From Methanobacteriota archaeon (GTDB lineage: Archaea > Halobacteriota > Bog-38 > Methanoflorentales > Methanoflorentaceae): a DNA stretch of 64,000 nucleotides. The DNA lies in NCBI GenBank assembly GCA_963720465.1, contig OY970393.1, positions 256,001 through 320,000 of the forward strand. Direction: 5' to 3'. Made by a program: the position numbers and the translations under genes. The notes beneath the pieces were generated by a model that was not told where the DNA came from, made no database searches, and was given only the letters and a program-made list of their open reading frames with translations. Below, one piece after another: positions 1-11,202 of this stretch; position 1 is the stretch's first letter, and every line of letters begins with the position of its first letter.

Positions 1-957
1 CGCGTACGTTACGCCGAGTATGACAAGTCCAGCTACAGCGAAGTAGCCCAGGTACTTCGACAGTTCCTTTTTGGAGACCTTCCTCTCGTGCACGGTTCTC
101 GAAACAATGGGAAAGAACGCGCCGGTGAGCGCAAGCACAGCCATGTCCCCTATATTTACGTAGCTGACCGCTGGGGTGTACAGTCCGACCTGCGTCATGT
201 TGGCCAACAGTGAGAGCATTATTGTGTCTATTCCTTGCCAGATTGTCCCAAGTACCCCCGCAATGCCAAACCACACGGCCGGCATTAGTATGGCATAATC
301 TAATACGGGTCTGAAGTTCAGCTTGTAGTAGTGAATTCTTCGGCTGATTACGAAATTCAGCATCAGGCTGACAAAAGCGGCTATAATAATCGCAAGTATG
401 ACACCGGGTACGCCAAGCCCTGCGATCAGAAAGACGAACGCGAGCGAGGAAAAAGTAATTCGTTCAGCGATCTGAATGATCGAGATATACTTCATGTCTT
501 GGTAAATGCTGAAAACAGCGCTGAACATACTCCCGATGCCGCCCATCAAGAGCGTGATAGACATTAACACGATCAGCGCCTTCACCTCGAATGTGTAAGG
601 GGTGAAAATATCGAATATGATCACAGCCAGCATCGATGCGAGGGACATGAAAAACTTGATCCCCATCGAGCTAAAAATGAGATGGTGTGTGTTTTCAGGG
701 TTTTTTGCTCCTTCGCGGATTATGACTGTGTTGATCCCGAAATCAGTGAAGATGCCAAATAAGGTGACGAACGAGATCACCGTGATGTAAGAGCCAAAGT
801 CTGGGACAGGCAGCACTCGCGCGATGTAAACGGTGATGACAAATGAGATTACTGCAGAGATCGCATTTCCACCAAACAAAAGCACGCTGTTCTTTATGCC
901 GCGTACCACTGACCCGCGGCTCAACTTCGCTGTTTTTTCGTCATTAGTTGGTGCCAT
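1..957 (-). CDS. Wzx/MATE-like oligosaccharide flippase (partial, runs off window start)
   Basis: Hand translation from ATG 957: MAPTNDEKTAKLSRGSVVRGIKNSVLLFGGNAISAVISFVITVYIARVLPVPDFGSY..., hydrophobic, flippase-type ARxL..FG.Y motif; next to glycosyltransferases. Confidence 0.8.
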   Translation of the reverse strand, partial: MAPTNDEKTAKLSRGSVVRGIKNSVLLFGGNAISAVISFVITVYIARVLPVPDFGSYITVISFVTLFGIFTDFGINTVIIREGAKNPENTHHLIFSSMGIKFFMSLASMLAVIIFDIFTPYTFEVKALIVLMSITLLMGGIGSMFSAVFSIYQDMKYISIIQIAERITFSSLAFVFLIAGLGVPGVILAIIIAAFVSLMLNFVISRRIHYYKLNFRPVLDYAILMPAVWFGIAGVLGTIWQGIDTIMLSLLANMTQVGLYTPAVSYVNIGDMAVLALTGAFFPIVSRTVHERKVSKKELSKYLGYFAVAGLVILGVTYA

Positions 958-1031
958 CTCTTATGTGCTCACGTCTGCTAATCTACCAAAAAAGCAGCCC
1001 ACAAAACTCGAAGGGTTTGGCAGGGCGCAAA

Positions 1032-2237
1032 TCATTTGGCGTCGACGAGGCTTCCATAGATTCCTTCAAGCCTATCGACCACGGCGCTCCACGTGAATTG
1101 TTCAATTACCTTCGCCCTGCCTTGAATGCTCTTCTTTCGTTCCTGCTCCTCATTATCAAGAATATCAACGATATTTTCGGCAAGAGCTCGTGTATCCCCA
1201 TACTTAAATATTCTGCCGATATCACCGAGGACGTTGGGAATCCCTCCAACGTCTGAAGCAACAATTGGAGTACCACACGCCATTGCCTCTAGCAAAACGA
1301 TGCCAAAAGCTTCCCACTCGCTCGGCAGAACGAAAACGTTGGCAGCAGCATAACCTGACTTAAAAAGTTCGTAACTGTCTATATGGCCAGTGAACTCGAA
1401 GTAATCATCTAAATTGTTTGCCCATATCTTCTTTTTGAGCCTTTTAAGCACGCCCCAATCTTCTCCTACTATCACAAATTTTGTTTTAGGGTACTTCGCA
1501 ACGACGTCATATGACGCGTCGATCAAGTGTTCCAGTCCCTTATTATCGGCTAGTCTTCCGGTATACAGGACCATCTTCTCATCGTCTTCCATCTTATAGC
1601 GCCTCCGGAAAAGTCGACCGTCGGGAATAGGAGTCCAGTCTTCTATATCTAGTCCATTTGGAACGGTTACGCACTTCGTTAAGGGCGCGAATCTTCCGAT
1701 GAAAGGCTTTTCGCTGTCTGTTACAACCAGTACCTTATCGACCATTCTGTAAACGCGACGCGAAAAAAGGATGTCGTCTAGTCCCATGAAGAATCGTGCC
1801 GCGAGTGGTTCCACGTTAGACGGCGGATGAAAGTGAGGGGTGACCACTAGTGGCATCTGGTATCGTCCTTTTCGACGGCCCCGTTTCAATTTCGCCGCAG
1901 CGCATGCAAAAATCTGGTAATAGCGGTGCGAATGGGCGTGCACGACATCATCTTCAGCATCGAAAATTGTCTTGATCAAGCCAGGAATAGTTGGGTATGC
2001 TGCGTAAGGGAACGGGTATCGTTTAACGGGCAGTCGCACTACCCGCACGCCGTTGACGTAACTTTCTGCGGCGTAATCTTCAAAGCATTGCCAAGGCACC
2101 TGTGTTTTCAGGTTTGTTGTATAAACGGTTACGTCGTGACCTCGTTGCACCAATCGCTCTGAAATCTTTTGTATATGCGTTTCCACGCCGCCAGGAGCGA
2201 GATACCTAATGCAAACCTGCGCTATTTTCAATGTCAT
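1032..2237 (-). CDS. GT4 family glycosyltransferase
   Basis: GGVETH N-terminus, GRL..NKG, VLPSEWEAFGIVLLEAMACG motif. Confidence 0.93.
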   Translation of the reverse strand: MTLKIAQVCIRYLAPGGVETHIQKISERLVQRGHDVTVYTTNLKTQVPWQCFEDYAAESYVNGVRVVRLPVKRYPFPYAAYPTIPGLIKTIFDAEDDVVHAHSHRYYQIFACAAAKLKRGRRKGRYQMPLVVTPHFHPPSNVEPLAARFFMGLDDILFSRRVYRMVDKVLVVTDSEKPFIGRFAPLTKCVTVPNGLDIEDWTPIPDGRLFRRRYKMEDDEKMVLYTGRLADNKGLEHLIDASYDVVAKYPKTKFVIVGEDWGVLKRLKKKIWANNLDDYFEFTGHIDSYELFKSGYAAANVFVLPSEWEAFGIVLLEAMACGTPIVASDVGGIPNVLGDIGRIFKYGDTRALAENIVDILDNEEQERKKSIQGRAKVIEQFTWSAVVDRLEGIYGSLVDAK

Positions 2238-2515
2238 CGACCATTTTTTTAGCGACTAAAACGAAGAAAGCGGATTTTTTTGAACTGAGTAGTACAAACG
2301 TTACGAAGCTGTATTTATTTGTAATATGACGAACAGATGGTTGCTCAAAGTGCTTAGCGTGCACCGTCCATATGAGCTCAGCAAAGGCGGTTGACGCACG
2401 CCTGAGATGAGAGCCAACTGCTCGAACGAAAGATCCACCGAAATCGAAGGTGCACGCATTCCAACCTTCGATTCAGAGCGATTATGAGTCGGAGCTTGTA
2501 ACGGCATAAAGGATT

Positions 2516-3679
2516 ATGAAAGTTACTGTCATAGCACCTTTTCCCCGACAAAAAGATGGGATACCACGGGTCGCTGAGGAGCTACTCAAAAGAATATCCG
2601 AGGCTACTGAAGTGGACGCGGTTTCAGTCCTTGCTCGTCAAGGCATGGACTTCCTCACTCCTTCTCTCCTCGTTAATCAAAAAGTCTCACTTTTTACGAT
2701 AGCGCGTTTTCTCACACCTCAGACTATGGTGAAACTCATACGCTTGTATAAGGAAAGTGATGTGGTACTATTCTTGGCACCACCGTGGGATGTGCTGGAC
2801 CCCTTAGAGGCCTTGTATTTTTTTCTTCTGCTCATCAAGTACGGCTTTCTGCCCAGGTCAAGATGGGTTCAAGTAGTGCACGATTTCATACCTTACATTT
2901 TTTCTGAGGACGGAATCCAAGGCAGGCGGACGATAAAGCTCTTCAATACGTTTCAAAAGCACTTCAGCGACGTTCCTGAAAAATATATCGCGGTCTCACA
3001 ATCAACGAAGAAGGACGCGATGCGTTTTTGGGGTCTGCAAGCGGACAGAGTTGTGGTGATTCACCACGGTCCGTTCATCGCTCCAAAAGCTCCTCGCAAT
3101 GATTTTGGAAGCAATAAGATCTTGATCGTGTCTGATATCTCCCCACGGAAAAATCACCTACGGCTGATAAAGGCGTTTGAGCTCGTACAAGAACTATCTA
3201 AAAATCCTTTGGAATTAGTTATCGCAGGATACATGAGAACCGCTATTCCCGAATTGGAGACCATCCTTCAAGATGTCAAAGTGCGAAATGAAAACAGCAA
3301 AATCACATTTGCGGGCTACTTGCCAGACGCCGACATACTGGCCCTCTATGAGCACGCTGACGTTTTTGTTTACCCTTCGCTTTACGAAGGATTTGGACTT
3401 CCTGTACTCGAGGCGATGGCGTGCGGGTGCCCGGTTATTGCATCGAACGTTTCTTCGCTGCCAGAAGTGGTCGGAGAAGCAGCTCTCCTCGTTGATCCTT
3501 ATGACGTCGAAGCGCTAGCGCACGCAATGCTCACAGTGCTCGAGGACGACGACTTAAAAAGGGAGATGAGTAGAAAAGGCGTAGCGCAAGCGCGGAAGTT
3601 TTCCTGGGAAAAGGCTGGTGAGGAATTGCTGGCGGTCTGCCGTGAAGTAGCAGAAAAAACAGGTCAAGCCACGTCTTAA
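2516..3679 (+). CDS. GT4 family glycosyltransferase
   Basis: PRKN and [19 protein letters not shown] motifs. Confidence 0.93.
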   Translation: MKVTVIAPFPRQKDGIPRVAEELLKRISEATEVDAVSVLARQGMDFLTPSLLVNQKVSLFTIARFLTPQTMVKLIRLYKESDVVLFLAPPWDVLDPLEALYFFLLLIKYGFLPRSRWVQVVHDFIPYIFSEDGIQGRRTIKLFNTFQKHFSDVPEKYIAVSQSTKKDAMRFWGLQADRVVVIHHGPFIAPKAPRNDFGSNKILIVSDISPRKNHLRLIKAFELVQELSKNPLELVIAGYMRTAIPELETILQDVKVRNENSKITFAGYLPDADILALYEHADVFVYPSLYEGFGLPVLEAMACGCPVIASNVSSLPEVVGEAALLVDPYDVEALAHAMLTVLEDDDLKREMSRKGVAQARKFSWEKAGEELLAVCREVAEKTGQATS

Positions 3680-3766
3680 AAGCGAAATAGCGCGTCGCTG
3701 AGGCGTACGTACAATAAGCGGGAAGGCGCGGAGCTTCGGCAGGCGCAGAAAAGCTTTTTTTTGGCG

Positions 3767-4867
3767 TTACAGGTCGACGCCACAAGCTTCGAAAGCGCTC
3801 TTAAGTATGGACACGATGCGCTGCCCTGAGTCGCCGTTACCGAATGGGTTATCCCAGTTGCGTGGCTTGTTTAGCATCGCTCGTGCACCTGTTACGATCT
3901 GATCAGCGTTGGTACCAACCACTAGGTTGCTATGGACTGCCACCGTCTCAGGCCTTTCGGTGTTATCTCTAACCGTTATGCACGGGACTTTTAGAATGCA
4001 CGCCTCTTCTTGCACACCTCCAGAGTCGGTGATAACAAGCTTCGCATTTGCTTCCAACAGCAAGAACTCGAGAAAACCGATAGGAGAAGTCGATATGACG
4101 CCATCTAAGGCTAGATCGAACTCTGCGACGCGCTTTTTGGTTCGTGGATGCATCGGGAATATTATCGGCGCGTCGAACTCATCGTGCAGCGCTTTCAATC
4201 CTTTCAAAATTCCGCTAAGGCGTTCTTTGTTGTCGACGTTCTCTTGTCTATGCGCGGTTGTTAGAAAGTAGTTTCTTTCGTCAATATTCAGCTCTTCCAG
4301 AATACTGGCTCTTTTTTGTGCAATTTTTAGGTTTTGGTAGACTGCGTCCACGATCGTGTTACCCGTCACCGATATCTTGTTTGAAGGAATTCCTTCGGCT
4401 AAGAGATTCGCTTCTGCTTTCGCTGTTGGGGCAAACAGGAAATCGGAGATATGATCAGTAAGCACGCGGTTTATTTCTTCTGGCATGAATCTGTCGTAGC
4501 TTCGCAAGCCTGCTTCTACGTGCCCCACTTCGACGTGCAGCTTCGTCGCTGCATACGCGCTTGCAAAGACGGAATTCGTGTCTCCTTCCACTAAAACCAC
4601 GTCTGGCTGCTCTGTAATCAAAGCGCTCTCGACGCCAACCAGGATCCTGCCGGTTTGTTCTGCGTCTGTGCCGGATCCGACGCTAAGCGCATAGTCTGCG
4701 TCACGAAGCTCTAGCTCTTCAAAAAAGACCTTATCCATCTCGTACGAATAGTGCTGCCCGGTGTGTATAATCAATTCATCTATTGATTGTTTTTCACATT
4801 CGCGGATCACCGGGGCCATCTTGATTATTTCAGGCCGAGTCCCGACGACAAATGCTAACATGGACAC
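3767..4867 (-). CDS. wecB: UDP-N-acetylglucosamine 2-epimerase (non-hydrolysing)
   Basis: GTRPEIIK, HTGQHY, HVEAGLRS, TDSGGVQEEA motifs. Confidence 0.96.
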   Translation of the reverse strand: MSMLAFVVGTRPEIIKMAPVIRECEKQSIDELIIHTGQHYSYEMDKVFFEELELRDADYALSVGSGTDAEQTGRILVGVESALITEQPDVVLVEGDTNSVFASAYAATKLHVEVGHVEAGLRSYDRFMPEEINRVLTDHISDFLFAPTAKAEANLLAEGIPSNKISVTGNTIVDAVYQNLKIAQKRASILEELNIDERNYFLTTAHRQENVDNKERLSGILKGLKALHDEFDAPIIFPMHPRTKKRVAEFDLALDGVISTSPIGFLEFLLLEANAKLVITDSGGVQEEACILKVPCITVRDNTERPETVAVHSNLVVGTNADQIVTGARAMLNKPRNWDNPFGNGDSGQRIVSILKSAFEACGVDL

Positions 4868-5300
4868 TTATAATGCGCCTACTTCGTCTGACAGCTGTGC
4901 GAGTTCGCATTTTTGTCTATTTATAGTACGAATTATTAGTCCAGCTATGGAATGAGCTTCTACATAATGTTTGTTAGGAATTGGATATGGTACTACGACC
5001 TAGGACGTTGAAATCTGGTGGTTTAGTGCGAATCTCGCTCTCAACCTCGAGGGAATACTGGGACTGAAGACCTGAGGAATATCGCAACAACGCAAGTTGG
5101 AATTACGACGTTGTTGGCTAACCTGATCAAGGCGCCAGTCTTAAAAAGCATCGTCCGGAGTAAAAAATAGGTTAAAAAGCGAGTGCTAGCTCTTCTTTGC
5201 AACCTGGATAACCCGCTAATCCGTTTTGCTGTCTTCAGGGCCGCCTGTTGAGGCTGTGCAGGGTGTGCGCTTGTGCGGAGCACCTTTGGATTGTTTCTCC

Positions 5301-6323
5301 TTAAATGTAGACCACTTGAACCTTTGGGTGTTTTTTGCGAAGCTCCTGGCATAGTGCGTTGAACTTACCCTCGGTACCGGGGAACGGGTCTACTAAGATG
5401 ATATCTACTTCGCAATCTTGAATACTGAACTCCTGAAAATCGCCATGATAAAGCTCTATCACGCCGTTATCGGTGGTAGCTGTGCAGAATAGTTCAGGGG
5501 TCTTATCTGACTCTCTTTTGGTCGTTGACGTGCGCTTTATCGTCCGTATGCTGAGTATTCTTTTGTTCACCCGCAAGTTGAGATACGCATTCTCCACGGC
5601 AGGCAGCCAAGCGTCGTTTAGAATTACTCTTTGAGCGCCCATGAGCACACTCATAAGACCCAGGGAACCTGGCCCGGCGAGTGCGTCAAGCACGACGCGG
5701 CCTGATACTGGAAGCGCTCCGAGTTTTGCCATCTTGACCGCATTGTCGTATTCTATATGAATCTTTGATTGGCTCTTGTAAATTAGGATCTGCCCATAAG
5801 CTGAAGCGACTAGGTCGGCTCGGATGTCGCAACCCGCCAAGACGCGACACGTGTGTGGCTGGGCTTGGCTGTGAGCTAGACCGATTACTCGCTTTGTATC
5901 TCCAAAGATCACTCCTGCGACTTCAGGTACCTCTCGGAGAATTCTGCCGCTCGCATCTGCGATAAGTCGTTGATTGGTCATGAGAAGCAGGTTGTGGTAT
6001 CCGATATGTGGCGGAGCGTATGTAGGGACGCCTGGTGACAACAGCGGGGTACCTACTTCTCGAAGCGACAGCTTTGGTCGATCTTTGCGCCGAACCGACG
6101 TGGCGAGTATGTGTGCCATCACGGCATCAAGGGGCCTTCTTCCACAGTTAGTGCACGTCAAATCGTTAAAATTGATGTCCGACAAATTGATTTCGTCTGT
6201 TTTCTTAAGAACCAAATCGTGACATGCCTGACACTTTGCGTACATTGTGGGGGCAATTTCAACGATGTGCTCGGCAGAAGTCACGCAGGAAAGGCTGCCG
6301 CAACTCGGGCAACGAAATCTCAT
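5301..6323 (-). CDS. Class I SAM-dependent methyltransferase with N-terminal Cys-rich (Zn) region
   Basis: CPSC/CQAC/CTNC N-terminus; VLDALAGPGSLG motif I; NDAW and DPF motifs. Confidence 0.7.
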   Translation of the reverse strand: MRFRCPSCGSLSCVTSAEHIVEIAPTMYAKCQACHDLVLKKTDEINLSDINFNDLTCTNCGRRPLDAVMAHILATSVRRKDRPKLSLREVGTPLLSPGVPTYAPPHIGYHNLLLMTNQRLIADASGRILREVPEVAGVIFGDTKRVIGLAHSQAQPHTCRVLAGCDIRADLVASAYGQILIYKSQSKIHIEYDNAVKMAKLGALPVSGRVVLDALAGPGSLGLMSVLMGAQRVILNDAWLPAVENAYLNLRVNKRILSIRTIKRTSTTKRESDKTPELFCTATTDNGVIELYHGDFQEFSIQDCEVDIILVDPFPGTEGKFNALCQELRKKHPKVQVVYI

Positions 6324-6534
6324 CGCATTTGTTTTATTCTCTGCGTTATATAATGCTGTACCTTGGATAGTTCAAGCGCCGAATCAAATTTGTTAAAGCG
6401 CGAACCGAAAACAGGATCTTTGCGAATCTATAAATCGCAGGAAGCCGGGGCGGCCGAGGGCCCAACATAGGGCGAGCTGAATGAACAGAACTCGCACATA
6501 AAGCGCATGAGGAAAAATCGCCTATTGAAAAAAG

Positions 6535-6606
6535 TGGACCGGTCGGGAATTGAACCCGAGGCCTCTACCATGCCAAGGTAGCGATCTACCCCTGATCTAC
6601 CGGCCC
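6535..6606 (-). tRNA. tRNA-Ala(GGC)
   Basis: Cloverleaf GGGCCGG...CTACC-TTGGCAT-GGTAG...GGTTCAA...CCGGTCCA. Confidence 0.95.
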
Positions 6607-6875
6607 TTCTCTGCGCTCAGTTTGCCTTTAGTAGACTTCCCGAACACTTCAACAGCGTTTTTGGCTCAATGCCATATAAGCGTTACTTTGCGAGAAAGAA
6701 AGATTCGCGCGTCGCCGTCTGCTTAAGGAGCAGACAAGAATTGTTATATAATGCATTGACCCATAGGCATTGCGCTGCCAACGAATGGGCCCGTAGCTTA
6801 GCCAGGTTTGATTCCATTCTGTTTTGTTTCAGGACGGAGAATATGCACACGGCTGATAACCGTGAGGCCAGGCGT

Positions 6876-7340
6876 TCAAATCGCCTCGGGCCCATCATTT
6901 TTGACTGCGCGAGACGGCAATTTATAAGCCAAACCTTCACATATGGCGACGACGCGTTGATCGTCGGTTTTTACTACGATCTTATAAAGCGCGGTGCTTT
7001 TTCCTGAGCTCTCTTCCACAGCCTCTGCTACCAGCTGTGTGTTAACTTGGACAGGCCGTCGGTACGCGATGTGGAACGACAATGCGACTGCCGTCTGATC
7101 ATATGAGTTGCAAGCAGCTGCAAATGCTGCATCAGCGAGCGAAAAAATCAAGCCTCCGTGCGCAAAGCCATTAAAATTGAGCATTCGTTCCGCAACTGTC
7201 AGGTTCGCTTGAGCGTAGCCTCGTTCGATTTTTGTAATGTGAATTCCTAAAAAGCTCGAATAGCGGTCGCTTTTCAGCTTTCCCAAGACGCTGCCGAGCT
7301 CATTATTTTGAGTCTTTCTTCCAGGACTCATCACAATCAA
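6876..7340 (-). CDS. PaaI-type hotdog-fold thioesterase
   Basis: LNFNGFAHGGLIFSLADAAF motif. Confidence 0.88.
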   Translation of the reverse strand: MIVMSPGRKTQNNELGSVLGKLKSDRYSSFLGIHITKIERGYAQANLTVAERMLNFNGFAHGGLIFSLADAAFAAACNSYDQTAVALSFHIAYRRPVQVNTQLVAEAVEESSGKSTALYKIVVKTDDQRVVAICEGLAYKLPSRAVKNDGPEAI

Positions 7341-7495
7341 CTACCATACTCATTCTTGTCGCTCTGACGTTCAGCTGCACCGGCCCTGTTTATCCGCGTG
7401 CACCAATTTACGGGGCTGGTCTATGGGCCGAAACCGCTAAGCCCTAGTGTACGTGTATTTTGGGTTTTGGAGGGTCCCGTATCTACGGTACGAGC

Positions 7496-7870
7496 TTACT
7501 CTGGCTTAGGCGCGGCTTTTGCAAATATTTCATCTATCTTAGCTGCCACTATGAAATCGTTTTCAGACAACCCTCTTATGTTGTGGGTCGTAAGACTGAT
7601 TCGCACGTAGCTGTAGGACACGAAAATGTCTGGATGGTGCCCTTCAGCTTCTGCCAGTTGCGCCACTTCATTGATGAAGCGCATCGACTCGATGAAGTTT
7701 TTGAACCTGAAACTTCGCACGATCTTTGTTGTGTCTTCCAGCTTCCACTTGGGCACCATGGGTAGAAGTCCATTGATGGTCTCCAGGTCAAACGGTTGCG
7801 TGCCGACTTCGCACGGTACGCAGTGTTTCTCCGTTAGACGCGAAGCGACGGTAGTCCCTTCGTTGCTCAT
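7496..7870 (-). CDS. Pterin-4-alpha-carbinolamine dehydratase
   Basis: CVPC, FRFKNF, AEAEGHHPDI, THNIRGLSENDF motifs. Confidence 0.93.
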   Translation of the reverse strand: MSNEGTTVASRLTEKHCVPCEVGTQPFDLETINGLLPMVPKWKLEDTTKIVRSFRFKNFIESMRFINEVAQLAEAEGHHPDIFVSYSYVRISLTTHNIRGLSENDFIVAAKIDEIFAKAAPKPE

Positions 7871-8250
7871 CTTCAACACCTTCTGAGTCTTGCGTCGTTG
7901 TATCGCTTAAGGTTATTGGAAACTGTTAGCACGACACTTGGGTGCAGGAGCACGTGACGTCGCTTGGGGACCAGAATTTTTGTAGTAAGTTTCTGCGCGA
8001 AAGCGCGAAAAAAAAAGCTTTGTCGCGCGTGCATTATCGCGCCGGACCATTGGCGCGTTTGCCAGTTTCTGCCTTCTCGCTCAGACGTGGAAAAGCTTGA
8101 GCGAGGTGCTCAAGGCCCCGGATTTCTGATTGGTGTACAGCAAGCGGGTCTTTTCGAAGTAAACTCTTGCAGACGAGGACCGCTGGCAGAGTAAATTTAT
8201 TAAGGCTCAACGAGCACTTAAGAAATACGTTAAGTGCAAACTAGCAGGAT

Positions 8251-8493
8251 GTGCCTATGAGGGTGTTTTATGCTGCCAAGCCTGCTGAATTTGAAGCAGC
8301 GCTAGTCGAAAAAGGAGTGAGCTTCGAGCACGCGGACGATGACCCCGTGCAGTTTCGCGTTGCGGATAATGACGTAGACGTGGTGGAGAAAATTGCGCGG
8401 CGACTGACGATTTACGTCTACTTGAAAGACGATTATGTTACAAATGCGGCGGCCCTTGGCGATCGTTATAACGATTCGGCCGACCCCAAATAG
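8251..8493 (+). CDS. Small hypothetical protein
   Basis: 80-aa ORF with globular composition and AT-rich TATA-like sequence upstream. Confidence 0.55.
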   Translation: MPMRVFYAAKPAEFEAALVEKGVSFEHADDDPVQFRVADNDVDVVEKIARRLTIYVYLKDDYVTNAAALGDRYNDSADPK

Positions 8494-8552
8494 TTCAATT
8501 GAACGATCCTCTTGCGATCGTACCGATCAGGGATAACCGCCGTGAGGCAATA

Positions 8553-8637
8553 TGCGGGGGGTGCGATTCGAACGCACGAACTCCTGCGAGAATAGGCCCT
8601 GAACCTATCGCCTTTGACCTGGCTTGGCAACCCCCGC
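8553..8637 (-). tRNA. tRNA-Leu(CAG)
   Basis: GCGGGGG...ATAGG-TTCAGGG-CCTAT, long variable arm, GTTCGAATC. Confidence 0.95.
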
Positions 8638-9460
8638 ACTTAAGGCGTCCAACTGTGTGATTTACGGCGCGATATATACGTGTTGCTGCCATCGCCGAGA
8701 ACTCAAAAAAAGCTTTCAACTGGGTGTTTGAGGGCAGCTCAGATACCGCCTCGCTGAGATATTGCCGCAAGCGTTTCTTTGGCTCCTGACAGTATCCAAA
8801 TTGAATGATAATTGCTAGCCCACTTATCAGCGCGATCTTTCTCAAGAACGGCACCGAAGTCCACACTATATCTTTATACGTATTTACATAAAGCAATGCA
8901 TTTGTTTTGTCTGGCAGCTTTGATTAGCCGTTGTCAACGAAGGTAACTTGAGGTTTCATAGTGTTCACTAAAGTTGGTTCATGGCTTGCCGCTGCAGCCG
9001 ACCTAGACAGGGACAGGAGAGACCATTAACGTGAAAGGAATACCTTTCGCTTCAAAAAAGCTTGCCCTGGAGACCGCTTTCGACTTACAGTCCCCTTGTT
9101 GCGATTTTAGCAAGCGCTCGGCGTGAGAGGTACTACACGGCCTCGAAGACTTGAAAATCAAGTGCGTAGTGAACGTGAGCGTCGACCGATTGCTCGCGCT
9201 CCCATTTCTCGGGAGCGACGCTGCAACGAGTTTCCATCGTTTGTAGGCTTGGTCGGCATCTCATAGAAGCGGTAGACGTCTGCGAGCAAGATCATCGTGT
9301 TTGGAAAAAGAATCAGTAGGATCCAGACGGCAGCAATAGCTTTCTTGTGATGTAAAATCAGGTTCACGCTCGGCTTTAAACTGAGCACTGCTATCTTTAT
9401 GTACGATATACTAATTATTAAGACTGTGCCCCCCGATAAGCACGGGGTGCGCAAACAACT

Positions 9461-9990
9461 ATGGAAATTGTGGTTTTGAGAGTGGGTCATCGCATCGATC
9501 GCGATCGACGTGTGACCACGCACGTGGGTCTGTGTGCCAGAGCGTTAGGAGCCCAAGGAATGCTTCTCGCAGCTTCAGACCGCTCTGTCGTTTCTACAAT
9601 ACGCGATGTAGTTCAACGTTGGGGGGGAACTTCTGGATTCGCGATAACGCCAACTGGAGGCGAGAGATCGTAAAATGGAAGCGAGAAACGGGCACGGTGG
9701 TGCACCTGACCATGTACGGAGAGAACCTTCCAAACGCGATCGGCCAACTCGAAAGCGAGAAGCTTATGGTTGTGGTAGGAGCGGAAAAGGTACCTCCAGA
9801 CCTCTACCGACTCGCGGATTATAACGTAGCAGTCACGAATCAACCGCACTCAGAGATAGCAGCCTTAAGCGTCTTTCTCGATCACCTCCAGGGGGGGCAG
9901 GAGCTCAAGGCGGATTTCGAAGGGAAAATGAAGATCATCGGCAACACGAGTAACAAGGTAGGTGTGAAGCGTTCTGAGCAGATCAACTAG
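9461..9990 (+). CDS. trm56: tRNA (cytidine(56)-2'-O)-methyltransferase, split by a frameshift at the G7 run 9621-9627
   Basis: [15 protein letters not shown] in frame 1; VHLTMYG, GAEKVP and [10 protein letters not shown] in frame 2; one extra G restores ...RWGGNFW... Confidence 0.9.
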
Positions 9991-11125
9991 CAGCGCAGGT
10001 CGAAGCGGTGGAGACCAGCGGATCCTTGTCATAGGATATAACACAAGGCATATAATTTGCTCTGCGAAGCGAGCAGGATACTATGTCGAGTCCGTAAGCC
10101 ATTACAAAGATCGTGACTTGATCAAATGCGGTGACGTAACGCGTTTCATAAGAGACGAGTTCCCTGGAATAATCTCTGACTCCGACTATGCCGGCGTTAA
10201 AGCGCTCGTGGGGGGCTTGGACTACGACCATGCAATACTAGCCGCAGGTTTTGAGACGCTTGAAATCCCGCGCACGGCTGGAAATCCTCCGTCGCTGTCA
10301 AGCTTCGTTAATGACAAAGGTCGCATGAGAGACAAGCTCCAATCCTTAGGCTATTCAGTCCCTAAGCGTTATAGGTTAGAAGAAAATTTGCCATTTCCCG
10401 TCATTCTGAAACCGAAGCGAGGTGCGGGTGGATTTAAGAACATTCTGGTCAAAGATGAAGAGCATCTCCAGAGGAGCATTGAGCAGTATCATGAGAACGG
10501 ATGGGGAGATGACTTCCTCGTTGAGGAATACGTTCGCGGTATAGATGCTAGCTCTTCGGTGTTGTCTACCGGCACAGAGGCGGTCACCGTCGCAATAAAC
10601 GAACAGCTTATCGGTCTGCGGAGTCTTGGTCCGATGCGGCGCTTCAGCTTCTGTGGTAGTTTGACTCCGCTTAAAACGAGTTATGCGAAGGAAATTGAAA
10701 GAATTTCGAACTCGCTAGCAGTCGATCTGGGCTTGGTCGGTACTAATGGCATTGATTTCATCATCGGTTCAAGCGGTCCGGTCGTAATTGAGATCAATCC
10801 GAGATTTCAAGGAACTCTCGACACGATCGAGGGATCACTTGGAGTCAACCTGGTCGAGGCCCACATTAAAAGCTGCCAGGGCGAACTGATCCCCGTCGCA
10901 AAGTATCGGAGATTCTCGTGCCGCCTGATCTGTTTCGCGGAGCAAGATTTTCAAGTCACGAAAGCGTGCAACCGTGCGCATTACATGGATATCCCCCAAA
11001 AAGGGGCTTATATCGAGCGCGCGAAGCCGATCATCTCGGCTATCGGATATGGCAAGTCGAGAGATTCTGCGTTCAACACCGCCGCGTGTTACATAGAAGC
11101 TGCAAAAAAGGCCTACCAGAGCTGA
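9974..11125 (+). CDS. ATP-grasp domain protein (COG2232-like); probable CTG start
   Basis: KPKRGAGG, EEYVRG and EINPRFQG motifs; the frame is open upstream of TTG 10118 and encodes RILVIGYNTRHIICSAKRAGY. Confidence 0.85.
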   Translation: MSRSTSSAGRSGGDQRILVIGYNTRHIICSAKRAGYYVESVSHYKDRDLIKCGDVTRFIRDEFPGIISDSDYAGVKALVGGLDYDHAILAAGFETLEIPRTAGNPPSLSSFVNDKGRMRDKLQSLGYSVPKRYRLEENLPFPVILKPKRGAGGFKNILVKDEEHLQRSIEQYHENGWGDDFLVEEYVRGIDASSSVLSTGTEAVTVAINEQLIGLRSLGPMRRFSFCGSLTPLKTSYAKEIERISNSLAVDLGLVGTNGIDFIIGSSGPVVIEINPRFQGTLDTIEGSLGVNLVEAHIKSCQGELIPVAKYRRFSCRLICFAEQDFQVTKACNRAHYMDIPQKGAYIERAKPIISAIGYGKSRDSAFNTAACYIEAAKKAYQS

Positions 11126-11202
11126 GTCGTGCCATGGTGGCCCCCTCGTGCACGAATACACATCATAAGTAGGTATAAGATACTTTAACGCACAAAAATA
11201 AT

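Noticed and set aside
8495-8896. 133-aa minus-strand ORF
   Set aside because: Runs through tRNA-Leu; no protein-like features
9158-9368. Possible small membrane or secreted peptide (KKAIAAVWILLILF)
   Set aside because: Weak start and no supporting homology; cannot be supported
9461-9990. trm56, eif1a and hemL as true pseudogenes
   Set aside because: Each has only one homopolymer indel and otherwise intact motifs; these are core genes, so sequencing error is more likely
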